Notes: generated from the letters alone by a model not told the origin. A stretch of DNA of 64,000 bases from Bacillota bacterium (GCA_021771915.1 JAETNY010000009.1:40038-104037); one strand, 5' to 3'. Counted from the stretch's first letter, positions 41,148 through 51,636 are shown. Numbers and translations: made by a program.

Positions 41148-43133
41148 ATGGAATTTAAGCTGCACAGTGATTATAAGCTGACAGGCGACCAACCACAGGC
41201 CGTGGACGCACTCTGCGCCGGTCTGGCCGCCGGAGCGCCGCACCAGACGCTTTTGGGCGTAACGGGCAGCGGCAAAACTTTCACTATGGCCAATGTGATT
41301 GCGCGCAGCCAGCGTCCGGCATTGATAATCGCCCATAACAAAACGCTGGCCGCCCAGCTTTATGGCGAATTTAAGGAATTTTTTCCGGAAAACGCTGTGG
41401 AATACTTTGTTTCCTATTATGATTATTACCAACCGGAAGCTTATATTGCCCGTTCCGACACTTATATTGCCAAAGACGCTTCTATTAATGATGAAATTGA
41501 AAAACTGCGCCATTCCGCCACGGCTGCTCTGCTGGAGCGGCGTGATGTGATTGTTGTGGCTTCAGTTTCCGCTATTTATGGTCTTGGTTCACCGGAATTT
41601 TATCAGAATATGACGATTTCTCTGCGCGTCGGCCAAAATTTCGGCCGTGATGAGTTACTGCGCAAACTGGTGGACATTCAATACACACGCAACGATATGG
41701 ATTTGCACCGCGGCACTTTCCGAGCCAAGGGCGATGTGGTGGAGATTTTTCCGGCCGGTTATACTGACGTAGCCGTGCGTCTGGAATTTTTTGGTGATGA
41801 AGTGGAAACCATCGCCGAGGTTAACACCGTCACCGGAGAGGTGCTGCACCGTCTGCCCCACATCAGTATTTACCCCAACAGCCATTATGTGACCGGCGAC
41901 GCCACCATGGAACGCGCACTGCATGATATCAGAGAGGAATTAAAGGAGCGGCTGGCTGTGCTTAAGGCGGATAATCGTCTGTTAGAGGCCCAGCGGCTGG
42001 AGCAGCGCACCAATTTTGACCTGGAAATGCTGGAGGAAATCGGGCATTGTCAGGGGATTGAAAATTATTCCCGGCATATGGACGGCCGCCAGTCCGGCGA
42101 ACCGCCCTATACCCTGTTAGATTACTTCCCTAAGGATTTTGTGCTGCTGGTTGACGAAAGTCACGTTACCCTGCCGCAGGTGCGCGGCATGTATGAGGGC
42201 GACCGCTCGCGCAAGCAATCGCTGGTGGAATATGGTTTTCGTCTGCCCTCGGCGATTGATAACCGACCGCTGCGCTTTGCCGAATTTGAGGAACGCGTAC
42301 ACCAGGCCATTTATGTTTCCGCCACGCCTGGTGATTATGAATTGGCGCACTCGCCGGAAGTGGTGGAGCAGGTTTTGCGCCCGACCGGGCTGGTTGACCC
42401 TCAAATTGAAATGCACCCCATTGATAAACAGATTGACCATCTGCTGAGTGAAATTCATAAAACCATCAAGGCCGAGGGGCGCGTTTTGATTACCACCCTA
42501 ACCAAGCGTATGGCCGAAGATTTAACCGATTATCTGAATGAAGCTGGCGTTAAGGTGCGCTATCTGCATAGTGACGTGAAAACACTGGAACGCATGGCGA
42601 TTGTGCGCGATTTGCGGCTGGGTAATTTTGACGTGCTGGTGGGTATTAACCTGCTGCGCGAGGGTTTGGATATTCCTGAGGTGCAGCTGGTGGCCATTTT
42701 GGACGGCGATAAGGAAGGCTTTTTGCGCTCTCACCGCTCCCTGATTCAGACGATTGGCCGGGCAGCGCGCAATGTGAACGGCCGTGTGATTATTTATGCC
42801 GATAACATGACCGATTCTTTACAGGCCGCTTTAAGCGAGACCCAGCGCCGCCGTGATATTCAGCTGGCTTATAATCAGGAGCATGGCATTATACCGCAGA
42901 CGATTAAAAAGGAAGTACGCGATTTAATCAGCGCTATTCTGCCGGAAACCGCCGCCGAGGATTTGACGGCTGACAAGAAAGGTTATGCCAAGCTGACACG
43001 TCGGGAACGGGAAAAGGTTATTCGCAATTTGGAAAAAGAAATGCGCGAGGCCGCGCGCCGGCTGGAATTTGAGAAAGCCGCAGAAGCGCGCGACCTGATT
43101 ATGGAATTAAAGGCAATGAGCAATTATGCATGA
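41148..43133 (+). CDS. uvrB: Excinuclease ABC subunit B
   Basis: 661 aa; [23 protein letters not shown]; helicase motifs; C-terminal UVR domain. Confidence 0.97.
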   Translation: MEFKLHSDYKLTGDQPQAVDALCAGLAAGAPHQTLLGVTGSGKTFTMANVIARSQRPALIIAHNKTLAAQLYGEFKEFFPENAVEYFVSYYDYYQPEAYIARSDTYIAKDASINDEIEKLRHSATAALLERRDVIVVASVSAIYGLGSPEFYQNMTISLRVGQNFGRDELLRKLVDIQYTRNDMDLHRGTFRAKGDVVEIFPAGYTDVAVRLEFFGDEVETIAEVNTVTGEVLHRLPHISIYPNSHYVTGDATMERALHDIREELKERLAVLKADNRLLEAQRLEQRTNFDLEMLEEIGHCQGIENYSRHMDGRQSGEPPYTLLDYFPKDFVLLVDESHVTLPQVRGMYEGDRSRKQSLVEYGFRLPSAIDNRPLRFAEFEERVHQAIYVSATPGDYELAHSPEVVEQVLRPTGLVDPQIEMHPIDKQIDHLLSEIHKTIKAEGRVLITTLTKRMAEDLTDYLNEAGVKVRYLHSDVKTLERMAIVRDLRLGNFDVLVGINLLREGLDIPEVQLVAILDGDKEGFLRSHRSLIQTIGRAARNVNGRVIIYADNMTDSLQAALSETQRRRDIQLAYNQEHGIIPQTIKKEVRDLISAILPETAAEDLTADKKGYAKLTRREREKVIRNLEKEMREAARRLEFEKAAEARDLIMELKAMSNYA

Positions 43134-44007
43134 CATCTGGAACCCCTGGCATGGCTGCATTAAAAAAAGCGAAGGCTGTGCCAACTGTTATATGTATTTT
43201 CTGGACAAAATCCGCGATCAAAACGGCGCAGATATTTACCGCACCAAAAATGGTTTTGATTATCCGTTGCAAAAAGACCGTCACGGCGCTTATAAAATTA
43301 AAAGCGGCGAAACGGTGCGCGTTTGTATGACCTCTGACTTTTTTCTGGCGGAAGCCGACCAATGGCGTGAAGAAGCCTGGTCAATTATCTGGCAGCGGCC
43401 GGACGTAAAATTTCTGCTGCTGACCAAACGCCCGGAGAGAGTTGCCGCCTGTCTGCCGGCGGATTGGGGCGAGGGCTGGGAAAATGTGTTTTTCAACGTC
43501 ACCTGTGAAAACCAGCGCCGTGCTGATGAACGCCTGCCGTTGCTTCTGGCGCTGCCCTTTAAGCATAAAGGGGTTTTCTGCGCTCCTTTTATCGGCCCTG
43601 TCAGTCTGGCTCCTTACCTGGCCAGCGGCCAGATTGAGCAGGTAACCTGCGGCGGCGAAAACTATGAGGGCGCGCGCCCCTGTGATTTTGCCTGGGTTCA
43701 ACAGTTAAGCCGGGAATGTAAAGCGCAGAACGTCAGCTTTTATTTTTTTGAAACCGGCACGCATTTTATCAAGGACGGCCACCGCTATTTTCTGCCCAAC
43801 AAAAAAGTGCAAAGCCAACAGGCGCATAAGGCCGGCGTTAATGTAAAAGGACGGCCAGCCCATTACAAACTCTGCGATGGGTTTGGCCGCCCTCTGCCAA
43901 AGGAAAAGCTGTATAAGCCTCACTTTGGCCGTCAGTGCCTTAATTGTGGCAGCCGCTCTATATGCAACGGCTGTGCCAGATGTAATATCTGTTATTTGTC
44001 GAAATAA
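43126..44007 (+). CDS. Gp37/Gp68-family (DUF5131-like) protein with a Cys-rich N-terminus and C-tail
   Basis: N-terminus [20 protein letters not shown] resembles the phage Gp37/Gp68 signature. C-tail [20 protein letters not shown]. 8-nt overlap (ATGCATGA) with uvrB. Confidence 0.5.
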   Translation: MHDIWNPWHGCIKKSEGCANCYMYFLDKIRDQNGADIYRTKNGFDYPLQKDRHGAYKIKSGETVRVCMTSDFFLAEADQWREEAWSIIWQRPDVKFLLLTKRPERVAACLPADWGEGWENVFFNVTCENQRRADERLPLLLALPFKHKGVFCAPFIGPVSLAPYLASGQIEQVTCGGENYEGARPCDFAWVQQLSRECKAQNVSFYFFETGTHFIKDGHRYFLPNKKVQSQQAHKAGVNVKGRPAHYKLCDGFGRPLPKEKLYKPHFGRQCLNCGSRSICNGCARCNICYLSK

Positions 44008-44492
44008 ACTATCTCACCTTGAATTTTACCCTCCTCAATGGTCAGCAAACCATAAGAGGGTTTTTTTATTTCGCCCAGCGGCCGCACCGCTGAACCAGGA
44101 TTAAACAGCAAAACATCTTCATGCCATTCGCAAAGCGGAACATGCGAATGACCAAAAACCACCGCCTGCACTGCCTTATCCGCAAAAGTACGCAGTGCCG
44201 ACTGTGGTGTAGGCAAATGCGGAAACAGATGTCCATGCGTCAGGCCAATACTGACGCCATCAGCCTGCACAACCTTGGCCTCGCCCAGCTTTGAGGTCGT
44301 TTCAGAACGGTCGCAGTTGCCAGCCACCGCCTCCACACTGGCAATCTTCTGCAATTCCGGCAACAGACACAGGTCTGTCCAATCGCCGGCATGCAAAATC
44401 AAATCTGGCTTTTGCTCCGCCAGCAGCGTCAAAACCCTGGGCTGGGGAGAACAGAACTGCCAGTGCGTATCCGAAAGTACTGCTATTTTCAT
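43992..44492 (-). CDS. YfcE-like metallophosphoesterase
   Basis: [11 protein letters not shown]...HAGDWTD...GNCD...GHSHVP. Confidence 0.85.
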   Translation of the reverse strand: MKIAVLSDTHWQFCSPQPRVLTLLAEQKPDLILHAGDWTDLCLLPELQKIASVEAVAGNCDRSETTSKLGEAKVVQADGVSIGLTHGHLFPHLPTPQSALRTFADKAVQAVVFGHSHVPLCEWHEDVLLFNPGSAVRPLGEIKKPSYGLLTIEEGKIQGEIVYFDK

Positions 44493-44686
44493 AATTTAAT
44501 CACATTAGCAGCCTGTGGGCCACGCGCGCCCTCAATCTCGTCAAATTCCACTTCCTGGCCTTCATCTAATGTTTTAAAACCGTCCGATTGGATAGCCGAG
44601 TAATGCACAAATACATCACTGCCACCCTCACGTTCAATAAAACCGAAGCCTTTTTCCGCGTTAAACCACTTAACTTTGCCTTTCAT
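44489..44686 (-). CDS. Cold-shock protein (CspA family), paralog of 37732..37947
   Basis: [33 protein letters not shown]. Confidence 0.9.
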   Translation of the reverse strand: MKGKVKWFNAEKGFGFIEREGGSDVFVHYSAIQSDGFKTLDEGQEVEFDEIEGARGPQAANVIKL

Positions 44687-45130
44687 AACCAGCAAAAAAC
44701 CTCCTTAAAAACCTATACGGCTACAAAATTTACAGCTAATATTATAGCGGATTTGCCAAAAGTTTGCAAGCACTATGCGTAAAAGTTTATCGACAATTTT
44801 AGGCTTATGACGCCTTATCCGTCCTGCTCCAGGGGCTTATATAGCCCTCCCGTTTTATCGACTGTTTCTTACATTATTTTTGTAAAAAAATTTAAAAAGT
44901 TTCTACAAAAATGTTGCAATTTGTTTATGTATAGGTTATAATATACCCAACGATAAAAACAGACTATCCTTTTGGATAGTTTGACAAAAAAATTAGACGT
45001 ATTGTTTAATGGTTTTGAATATTTTTAACAGTTTATATTCTCCCCTTGCACTTTACGAAAATGTTAGCGCAGGCTATTGGGAATTATAAGCTGTCAGCAT
45101 TAAAAAAACATAGAAGGAGGTTTAAAGAAG

Positions 45131-45406
45131 ATGGCATTTACAGACAAAACCCTGGTATGCAAAGAATGTGGCGAGGAATTCCTGTTTTCGGCTTCGGAAC
45201 AAGAGTTTTATGCCGAAAAAGGCTTTCAAAACGAGCCTGCGCGCTGTCCGCACTGCCGGGCTATCCGTAAACAACAGAGAAATGCTGGCCGTGAAATGTT
45301 CACAGTTATTTGCGCTGATTGCGGCACAGAAGCCCAAGTACCTTTTAAACCGGTAAATGAACGCCCGGTTTACTGCCGCGATTGCTATAATAGACATCAG
45401 GCCTAA
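45131..45406 (+). CDS. Zinc-ribbon protein with tandem CxxC pairs (zf-trcl-like)
   Basis: TLVCKECGEEFLFSASEQEFYAEKGFQNEPARCPHCR ... CADCG..CRDCY. Confidence 0.6.
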   Translation: MAFTDKTLVCKECGEEFLFSASEQEFYAEKGFQNEPARCPHCRAIRKQQRNAGREMFTVICADCGTEAQVPFKPVNERPVYCRDCYNRHQA

Positions 45407-45445
45407 TTTGGAATAAAATAAAAAACACTATAACGCAACTGAAAC

Positions 45446-45484
45446 CAAAACAGACGCTTTCCCCATAAGCGTCTGTTTTATTGT
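45446..45484 (+). terminator. Rho-independent terminator
   Basis: aaacagacgct-ttccccata-agcgtctgttt followed by a U-tract. Confidence 0.75.
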
Positions 45485-45588
45485 GTGAACACTTAAAAAT
45501 ATACTAATATTTTTCTCCTCGCCTGCATATTCTGCAATAAGCCGGCGTTATGGCTACTTTCAAGAGAGGAGGCGCTTTTTTGCAGCTT

Positions 45589-46137
45589 GGAGAAATTATA
45601 CTATTAGGGGTGGCGCTTTCCATGGACGCCTTTGCCGTTTCCGCAGTCAGCGCCATGACAATTAAAAATATTCAGCCCCGGGATATGCTGCTGCTGGCCG
45701 CAGCCTTTGGGCTTTTTCAAGGTCTGATGCCGCTGATTGGGTATTTTGCCGGCACAATTTTTTGGTCTGGGCATTTGGCCAATCTATTAGCCTGCGCACT
45801 GCTTTGTCTGGTGGGCAGCAAAATGCTAACTGACAGCCTGCTGCACCCAACTGAAGCCATAATTTGCCTTACTCCTCGCCTGGTACTGCTGCAAGCCATC
45901 GCCACCAGCATTGACGCACTGGCGGTGGGCGTTAGCCTGACGGCGGCCGGACTGGGTCAAACCCCGGGCACAGCTCTGAACATCTGGCAGGCTGCGGCTA
46001 TCATTGCCGCCTGCACATTCAGCCTTTGCCTGCTGGCAGTGCAGCTGGGCAGGTTTTGCGGCCGACGCCTGGCCGATAAAGCCGGATTGGCCGGCGGTCT
46101 TATCTTAATTGGCATTGGCCTGAAAATGCTGGCCTGA
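45589..46137 (+). CDS. mntP: Manganese efflux pump MntP
   Basis: LLGVALSMDAFAVS.. and the repeated ALAVGVSL. Probable TTG start at 45589, 6 nt after a GGAGG Shine-Dalgarno. The ORF track's ATG at 45550 overlaps that Shine-Dalgarno. Confidence 0.8.
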   Translation, partial: GEIILLGVALSMDAFAVSAVSAMTIKNIQPRDMLLLAAAFGLFQGLMPLIGYFAGTIFWSGHLANLLACALLCLVGSKMLTDSLLHPTEAIICLTPRLVLLQAIATSIDALAVGVSLTAAGLGQTPGTALNIWQAAAIIAACTFSLCLLAVQLGRFCGRRLADKAGLAGGLILIGIGLKMLA

Positions 46138-46209
46138 GCAATCTTGACAAGCCCCCAAATACGGCTTATAATAAAACAAATCCATTATCAGAACAGTAAG
46201 GAAAAGATT

Positions 46210-46917
46210 ATGCGAACAGAAAGATACCAGCAGAAGACATTTTTCGGTACAGGCCTGCCGCTGTTTGCAGCCGCGCTGCCTTTCCTGCTGGCGTCACTGT
46301 ACCTTCTGCTTAAACAAACCCCACTCCCACTCTGCATACTGCTGCTGACCATAGGGTTGCTGTTTATCATGGCCGGCGTTTGGCAGACCAAACGGAATAA
46401 CGCGCAGCTTTTGCAGTTTGTTCGCCAAAATTCAACTTTTACGCACCAATGCCAACCGTCCCTGAAAATCGACAGCCTGCTGCACAATCTGCAACAGCAG
46501 GCGTTTGAGTTGACTGAATATCCCTTTGGCAATTATCACGCCTATCGGCAATTGGATAAGAAACACGGCTGCCATTTTTTTCTGGCCAACAATAACGCGC
46601 CGGATTGCCCGGAAACCGAAGAATATTCCAAATTATTCATTAAAACCGTTTTTGAAACCGGACTGAGCGCCGGCAACCGCTATCTGTTAAATCTGGAATA
46701 TGGCGCGGAAATAGCAAAAAACGCGCCGGAATATATCAAAGTTGCTCGCGACGGTTTTATGTGTGATAAAAGCGGCACCCCTTTTGGTTTTCGTCTGGCC
46801 TATGATACCAAAAGCAATGTTCTTTATTGGGCAGAAGCCGTCACGGACATTGACTGGCACAAAAGTGAGGTTATGGCCATTTATACCGCCAAACTGCTGC
46901 AAAAGCTTTTTTCATAA
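46210..46917 (+). CDS. Hypothetical membrane protein (2 transmembrane segments)
   Basis: AAGGAAAAG Shine-Dalgarno before the ATG at 46210. Confidence 0.45.
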   Translation: MRTERYQQKTFFGTGLPLFAAALPFLLASLYLLLKQTPLPLCILLLTIGLLFIMAGVWQTKRNNAQLLQFVRQNSTFTHQCQPSLKIDSLLHNLQQQAFELTEYPFGNYHAYRQLDKKHGCHFFLANNNAPDCPETEEYSKLFIKTVFETGLSAGNRYLLNLEYGAEIAKNAPEYIKVARDGFMCDKSGTPFGFRLAYDTKSNVLYWAEAVTDIDWHKSEVMAIYTAKLLQKLFS

Positions 46918-46940
46918 TAAATATCGTTTTCGACCACAAA

Positions 46941-47013
46941 ACTACTCTTGTAGTATTGACATTTTCATAAGACTATGGTAGTATATAGATAGAGCCGCGC
47001 GGACTCTATCTAT
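46941..47013 (+). promoter_or_regulatory. blaI-like promoter (TTGACA-17-TAGTAT) with palindrome ACTACtcttGTAGT over -35 and a 10-bp inverted repeat ATAGATAGAG-N8-CTCTATCTAT in the 5' UTR
   Basis: Read directly. The layout resembles the TACA/TGTA-type operators of BlaI/MecI-family repressors. Confidence 0.5.
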
Positions 47014-47039
47014 TTTTATTCTATAAGGAGCATTGCGAT

Positions 47040-47420
47040 ATGACTGCACAAGTGGAAATGAAGCTGGGCGATTCCGAAATCAAGGTGATGAATGTAATCT
47101 GGCGGCTGGGCGAGCCGACCGCCAGGCAGGTAGCGGAAATTTTGCAGGCAGAGGTGGGCTGGAATGTCAATACCACCTACACACTGATTAAGCGCTGTAT
47201 CCAAAAGGGCGCTGTGCAGCGACTGGAGCCGCATTTCATCTGCCGGCCGCTGGTCAGCAAGCAGAGTGTGCAGGCCGCCGAAACCAACAATTTAATTAAC
47301 AAAATTTATGATGGCTCCGCAGAAAAACTTTTTGCGGCGCTGCTGGGGCGGCAAAACGTCAATCAAACGCAGATAGACCAACTGCGCCAGCTGGTGGAGG
47401 AATGGCCCGATGAGCCTTAA
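47040..47420 (+). CDS. BlaI/MecI/CopY-family transcriptional repressor
   Basis: KLGDSEIKVMNVIWRLGEPTARQVAEIL... winged-helix region plus a dimerisation C-terminus. Confidence 0.85.
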   Translation: MTAQVEMKLGDSEIKVMNVIWRLGEPTARQVAEILQAEVGWNVNTTYTLIKRCIQKGAVQRLEPHFICRPLVSKQSVQAAETNNLINKIYDGSAEKLFAALLGRQNVNQTQIDQLRQLVEEWPDEP

Positions 47421-49653
47421 ATTGTTAAGCCCAACACAATGGAGTCTAAGCATAGTCCTGTTAATTGCAGTTGTAACGCTGCTGCGCTGCCTGCTGCAAA
47501 ACAGACGCTGGCTGCCAATGGCCGTCTGGTCGCTGCTCTGGTGGCTGGTGCTGGCGCGTCTGCTGCTGCCGCTCTGCCTGCCCTGCCCGTACAGTCTGCA
47601 AAATCTTTGGCCTGAAAATAATCCCCAAACGGTTATTGCGGAAACGCCGAATATTAATAATTTTATTCATTTGGCAGACGTCAACCCAGACCCTGCCCTT
47701 CCCGATAACCCCACTTATACGGCGAACAGCCCGACCGAAGCGGCAATCCATTTGAATACCGGCGCCCAACTGCCAATTTGGCAACTGATTTGGCTGACCG
47801 GAGCCAGCATCTGCGCCGCCTTTTTCGGGCTGGTTTATTGGCGCAGCAAACGCCGCTTTCAACAGACAGAAGCGCTAAAGCCGGAATTGCAGACTTCAGT
47901 ACAGCAATGGCTGGCCGAACACCAACTGCGCCGCACCGTTACCGTGCGCCAAACCAACCAGATTTGCACGCCGCTGACTTACGGACTGTTCCGCCCGGTG
48001 ATTTTGTTACCGGCCGATATGCCGAGCCAACAGCAAGACAGCCTGCATTTTGCTCTGCTGCATGAATGGACGCATATTCGCCATTTTGACGCCGCCGCCA
48101 AAATGCTGGCCGCCGCGGCGCTGTGTCTGCACTGGTTTAACCCGGCGGTTTGGCTGTTTTTTGCCCTGTTCAACCGCGATTTGGAGTTGGCCTGTGACGC
48201 CGGCGTGTTAAAGCACTGCGGCGCTGACGCGAAAAATCGGCGCAATTATGCACTGGCTCTGTTAAGCTGGGCGGAAACGCAAAATACCGCCGCCACTTTT
48301 TGCAGCAATTTCGGTCAGTCCCCAAATAATGTGATAGAAAAAAGGATAGTGAATATTATGAAGATGAAAAAAGTGAGCGTTTTAAGTCTGGGCGCCGCCT
48401 GCCTGCTGCTGCTTGTTACGGTAATAGCCGGCGCTACCAATCAGCCGGAGCCAAATAATTTACTGACGGCCGACCAGCTGAATAATGCCGATTATATTGA
48501 TTATAACAACATGAGCGACGCGGAACTACACCAAATCTATTCCGAACAGTCACGCGCCCAGTGGGCCATGCTGCTGGAGCCATACACCCAGTTTGGTCTG
48601 GGCTGGCAGTTTGACGACCCGGATTTTGACGGCAACGGCCTGAAGATGTATTATCAGGGGCACGAGGTCAGCGGCATTTATGACGAAACTACCGGCACCT
48701 GGCTGACCGAGCATGCTGGCGACAGCAATTTTGCCGCGGACGCGGTGGAACTGCACACCGTCTACACCGACGGACAGCTTTCCGGCCTGCGTCTGGCCAC
48801 GCCGGAGGAACAGGCGCAATGGGACGAGCAGCGCGCCCGGCCAATGTACAAACACGTGCAGCCCTACGAGCAGTTTGGCCTGACGATGGGCGAGGAAAAC
48901 CGGCTGTTCTATAACGGCCAGCCGGTGCGCTACTTCTGGGACGGCTACAATGTTACAGAGAACGGCCAGAATTTGGGACGAGCCCTTCATTTTGAATATC
49001 TGAACCAGCAGGGCGAGGTGGATTTACGTACCCGGCGCGATGTGATTTATAATGCCGACGGCAGCGTTGACCCGTTTGGCGAGTTGCTGGGCCTGGAGGT
49101 TTATGTGGAAGAAAATTTTGCTGCAATGCTGAACCCGGCCGCCCAACAGATAACCTATGCCGAATATGACGAGGAGCAGGCCGACCAAACCTCCACGGAC
49201 GAAATACCGCGGCTCCAGGTAGCCTACTATATCTATAACAATCCAGACGAGATGGCGGAAAATGACCAGACGATGGCCGAACTGATGGCACAATATGAGC
49301 AGTTTGGTCTGGAATACCGCGAGGAAATTACAGATATTGGCACCCGGCGCAATATTTACTTTCAGGGGGAATTAGTCAGCGCATTTATTGATAACTCGCG
49401 CAGCAGAGGCCTGACGGTACAAAGCAGTACCCAGCCGGAGCAGCCGCAGTTTGTCATGACGGAATATGACTTAAGAGGGCAGCTTATCGGTCTGCGTCTG
49501 GCCACCGAGGAGGAAGTAAACGAACGATTGAACCGCTACACCCCACAAAACGACATCAAATTCCAACGCGCCTATAACGCCAACGGCAAACTAACTCTTT
49601 ATTATAGCACCGATAACAACCGCACGCATAAGGCGATTACCAAACCGGAATAA
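47410..49653 (+). CDS. BlaR1-like M56-family membrane metalloprotease (HEXXH) with a novel extracellular C-terminal repeat domain
   Basis: FALLHEWTHIRHFD is M56. Transmembrane segments near aa 10-55 and about aa 315. The C-terminus has three repeats of PY(T/E)QFGL...(Y/F)(Y/F)xGxxV and QL(S/I)GLRLAT(P/E)EE. No PBP/beta-lactam sensor motifs (no SxxK). Confidence 0.8.
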   Translation: MSLKLLSPTQWSLSIVLLIAVVTLLRCLLQNRRWLPMAVWSLLWWLVLARLLLPLCLPCPYSLQNLWPENNPQTVIAETPNINNFIHLADVNPDPALPDNPTYTANSPTEAAIHLNTGAQLPIWQLIWLTGASICAAFFGLVYWRSKRRFQQTEALKPELQTSVQQWLAEHQLRRTVTVRQTNQICTPLTYGLFRPVILLPADMPSQQQDSLHFALLHEWTHIRHFDAAAKMLAAAALCLHWFNPAVWLFFALFNRDLELACDAGVLKHCGADAKNRRNYALALLSWAETQNTAATFCSNFGQSPNNVIEKRIVNIMKMKKVSVLSLGAACLLLLVTVIAGATNQPEPNNLLTADQLNNADYIDYNNMSDAELHQIYSEQSRAQWAMLLEPYTQFGLGWQFDDPDFDGNGLKMYYQGHEVSGIYDETTGTWLTEHAGDSNFAADAVELHTVYTDGQLSGLRLATPEEQAQWDEQRARPMYKHVQPYEQFGLTMGEENRLFYNGQPVRYFWDGYNVTENGQNLGRALHFEYLNQQGEVDLRTRRDVIYNADGSVDPFGELLGLEVYVEENFAAMLNPAAQQITYAEYDEEQADQTSTDEIPRLQVAYYIYNNPDEMAENDQTMAELMAQYEQFGLEYREEITDIGTRRNIYFQGELVSAFIDNSRSRGLTVQSSTQPEQPQFVMTEYDLRGQLIGLRLATEEEVNERLNRYTPQNDIKFQRAYNANGKLTLYYSTDNNRTHKAITKPE

Positions 49654-49657
49654 AACA

Positions 49658-49692
49658 GCAAGCCGCCTGTCCAAACGGACAGGCGGCTTTAC
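49658..49692 (+). terminator. Rho-independent terminator
   Basis: agccgcctgtcc-aaac-ggacaggcggct followed by TTT. Confidence 0.7.
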
Positions 49693-49745
49693 TATTGACA
49701 AGCAATTTAAAGCGCATTATAATAGAAGAAAAAGGAGGAAAAAAG

Positions 49746-50411
49746 ATGAACCTTTCAATAAAAAAAGCCATGCGCAGCTATTTTGCCGGCAAACTGCGGC
49801 TTGGTATATTTTGGTTCGCGCTTTTCTGCGTGGCCGGCTATGTACAGATTGAACTGTTTTATGGTCCACTGGACTGGTTCTATGAGCGCTATCCCTACAT
49901 AACCGGTATAATTGGCGGCCTGAACCTGACCGCTTTTGGCATCAGCCTTGGCTATCTGCTGACGCGGCTGGTAACCCGGCTGAATTACACCGGCCGCCTG
50001 CGCAGGGATTTAAGCCGCATTTTACCGTCTAATGAGGCCGCCGACCCATATGCCGTGCTGGACGCTGATATCAAACGCCAGCCCTGGCCGCAGGCCCCTG
50101 TTTATCTTGGCGAGCGCTGGCTGGTAATGCCCGGGCATGCCCTGCGGCGCGACCACATTGTCGGCATTTTCTATGAAGAACTGCACAAATCCTTTTTATC
50201 AACCAGAGTTCGCCTGACAATCGTGGACGAGTTGGGCGGCGAAATGTATCTGGATATCAAGCCCGACCTGCACCCGGAAATTTTTCAGACGTTGTCCAAA
50301 CTGCACCCGGCCGCCACAAACGCCGACCATCGGGTTTTGCGTTCCCTGCCGGAGGGCAGCGGTTTCCGCAGTCTGCGCCAGAATAATGAGCCGCCGCTCT
50401 CCCTCAATTAA
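49746..50411 (+). CDS. Hypothetical membrane protein
   Basis: AAAGGAGGA Shine-Dalgarno before the ATG at 49746. 2-3 predicted transmembrane segments. Confidence 0.45.
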   Translation: MNLSIKKAMRSYFAGKLRLGIFWFALFCVAGYVQIELFYGPLDWFYERYPYITGIIGGLNLTAFGISLGYLLTRLVTRLNYTGRLRRDLSRILPSNEAADPYAVLDADIKRQPWPQAPVYLGERWLVMPGHALRRDHIVGIFYEELHKSFLSTRVRLTIVDELGGEMYLDIKPDLHPEIFQTLSKLHPAATNADHRVLRSLPEGSGFRSLRQNNEPPLSLN

Positions 50412-51337
50412 TCGGCAAACATCGGCGTGGACAAATAGCGCTCCCCACTATCCGGCAGCAGCGCCACAATGGTTTTGCCCTGATTTTCCGGGCGTTTAGC
50501 CAGCTGTGCCGCTGCCCAAACCGCCGCGCCGGCGGATATTCCCACCAGAACACCCTCTCGCCGCGCCAACTCCCTGCCGGTAGTCATAGCGTCCTCATCA
50601 GTCACCGTTATAATTTCATCATAAATTTGCGTGTTCAGAATTTCCGGCACAAAATTAGCGCCGATACCCTGAATTTTATGCGCCCCGGCCTGACCTGCGG
50701 ACAACATCGGCGAACCTGCCGGCTCCACCGCCACCACTCGCACAGACGGATTATGCGCTTTCAGATAAGCGCCCACACCGGAAATAGTACCGCCAGTGCC
50801 CACGCCTGCCACAAAAATATCCACCTGACCGTCCGTGTCCTGCCAGATTTCCGGCCCCGTGCTGCGCTTATGCGCCGTCGGATTGGCCGGATTAACAAAC
50901 TGGCCGGGGATAAAGCTATGCGGCGTGTTGGCCGCCAACTCCTCGGCCTTGGCAATCGCACCAGCCATACCCAACGCCCCCTCCGTCAAAACCAACTCCG
51001 CGCCATAAGCTTTAAGCAGATTGCGCCGCTCCACACTCATAGTTTCCGGCATCGTCAGAATAACACGCCAGCCGCGCGCCGCCGCTACCGCCGCCAGACC
51101 AATACCGGTGTTGCCGCTGGTCGGCTCAATAATCACCGCATCGGCCGGCAATTTGCCCTCTGCTTCAGCTTCCGCCAGCATAGCCGCCGCCACCCGGTCT
51201 TTAACACTGCCGGCCGGGTTAAAATACTCCAGCTTAGCCAGAATTTTCGCGCCCAGCCCCTGCGCCTGATTATAACGCGCCAGTTCCAAAAGCGGCGTAT
51301 GGCCAATTAAATCCATAAAACTTTTAGCAATCTTCAT
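50408..51337 (-). CDS. cysK: Cysteine synthase A (O-acetylserine sulfhydrylase)
   Basis: [25 protein letters not shown].. PLP-enzyme motifs. Confidence 0.92.
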   Translation of the reverse strand: MKIAKSFMDLIGHTPLLELARYNQAQGLGAKILAKLEYFNPAGSVKDRVAAAMLAEAEAEGKLPADAVIIEPTSGNTGIGLAAVAAARGWRVILTMPETMSVERRNLLKAYGAELVLTEGALGMAGAIAKAEELAANTPHSFIPGQFVNPANPTAHKRSTGPEIWQDTDGQVDIFVAGVGTGGTISGVGAYLKAHNPSVRVVAVEPAGSPMLSAGQAGAHKIQGIGANFVPEILNTQIYDEIITVTDEDAMTTGRELARREGVLVGISAGAAVWAAAQLAKRPENQGKTIVALLPDSGERYLSTPMFAD

Positions 51338-51391
51338 ACAATCACCCTCCTAATATTAAAAAGCTTTTTACCTAGTTATTTGCTAGGTTTT

Positions 51392-51420
51392 ATTATAAGC
51401 TTTTACCGTCATGATGTCAA
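51392..51420 (-). promoter_or_regulatory. cysK promoter (TTGACA-17-TATAAT on the minus strand)
   Basis: -35 is the complement of 51415-51420 and -10 is the complement of 51392-51397. Confidence 0.55.
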
Positions 51421-51453
51421 GCTGATTTAGCAATTTTTTTATGTATATACTAT

Positions 51454-51481
51454 TGCTTTTCCGCCAGCTTTAATATATAAT
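51454..51481 (+). promoter_or_regulatory. Divergent plus-strand promoter (TTGCTT-16-TATAAT) driving the repeat-containing leader
   Basis: Read directly from the sequence. Confidence 0.45.
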
Positions 51482-51492
51482 ATATACATATT

Positions 51493-51636
51493 TAATCACT
51501 AAGTTCTGCCTGCGGCCTTTGGCCTTGGCAATCACTAAGTGTTCAGTAGACGATTCCATCTGGCTGCGCCCGATGGATAAATTCACACTAAGTTCTGCCT
51601 GCGGCCTTTGGCCTTGGCAATCACTAAGTGTTCATT
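51493..51636 (+). repeat. Two identical 49-nt direct repeats (51497..51545 and 51588..51636), each containing the sub-repeat AATCACTAAGT twice; the 42-nt spacer forms its own hairpin
   Basis: cactaagttctgcctgcggcctttggccttggcaatcactaagtgttca occurs twice. Each unit contains the palindrome-like core GGCCTTTGGCC. Confidence 0.85.

Noticed and set aside
45410-45550. yybP-ykoY manganese riboswitch upstream of mntP
   Set aside because: The conserved GGGGAGUAG / GAGACC elements are not present. Only a generic terminator and a possible anti-Shine-Dalgarno hairpin were seen.
51338-51480. Cys T-box or S-box leader upstream of cysK
   Set aside because: The cysK promoter sits about 65 nt from the start codon. 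No AATTAGGGTGGNACCGCG T-box sequence or S-box features are present.
51493-51636. Possible mini-CRISPR array (two 49-nt repeats with a 42-nt spacer)
   Set aside because: There are only two repeat units, the repeat is longer than typical CRISPR repeats, it contains internal sub-repeats, and no cas genes lie within the window. It is better explained as a structured leader or binding-site array.
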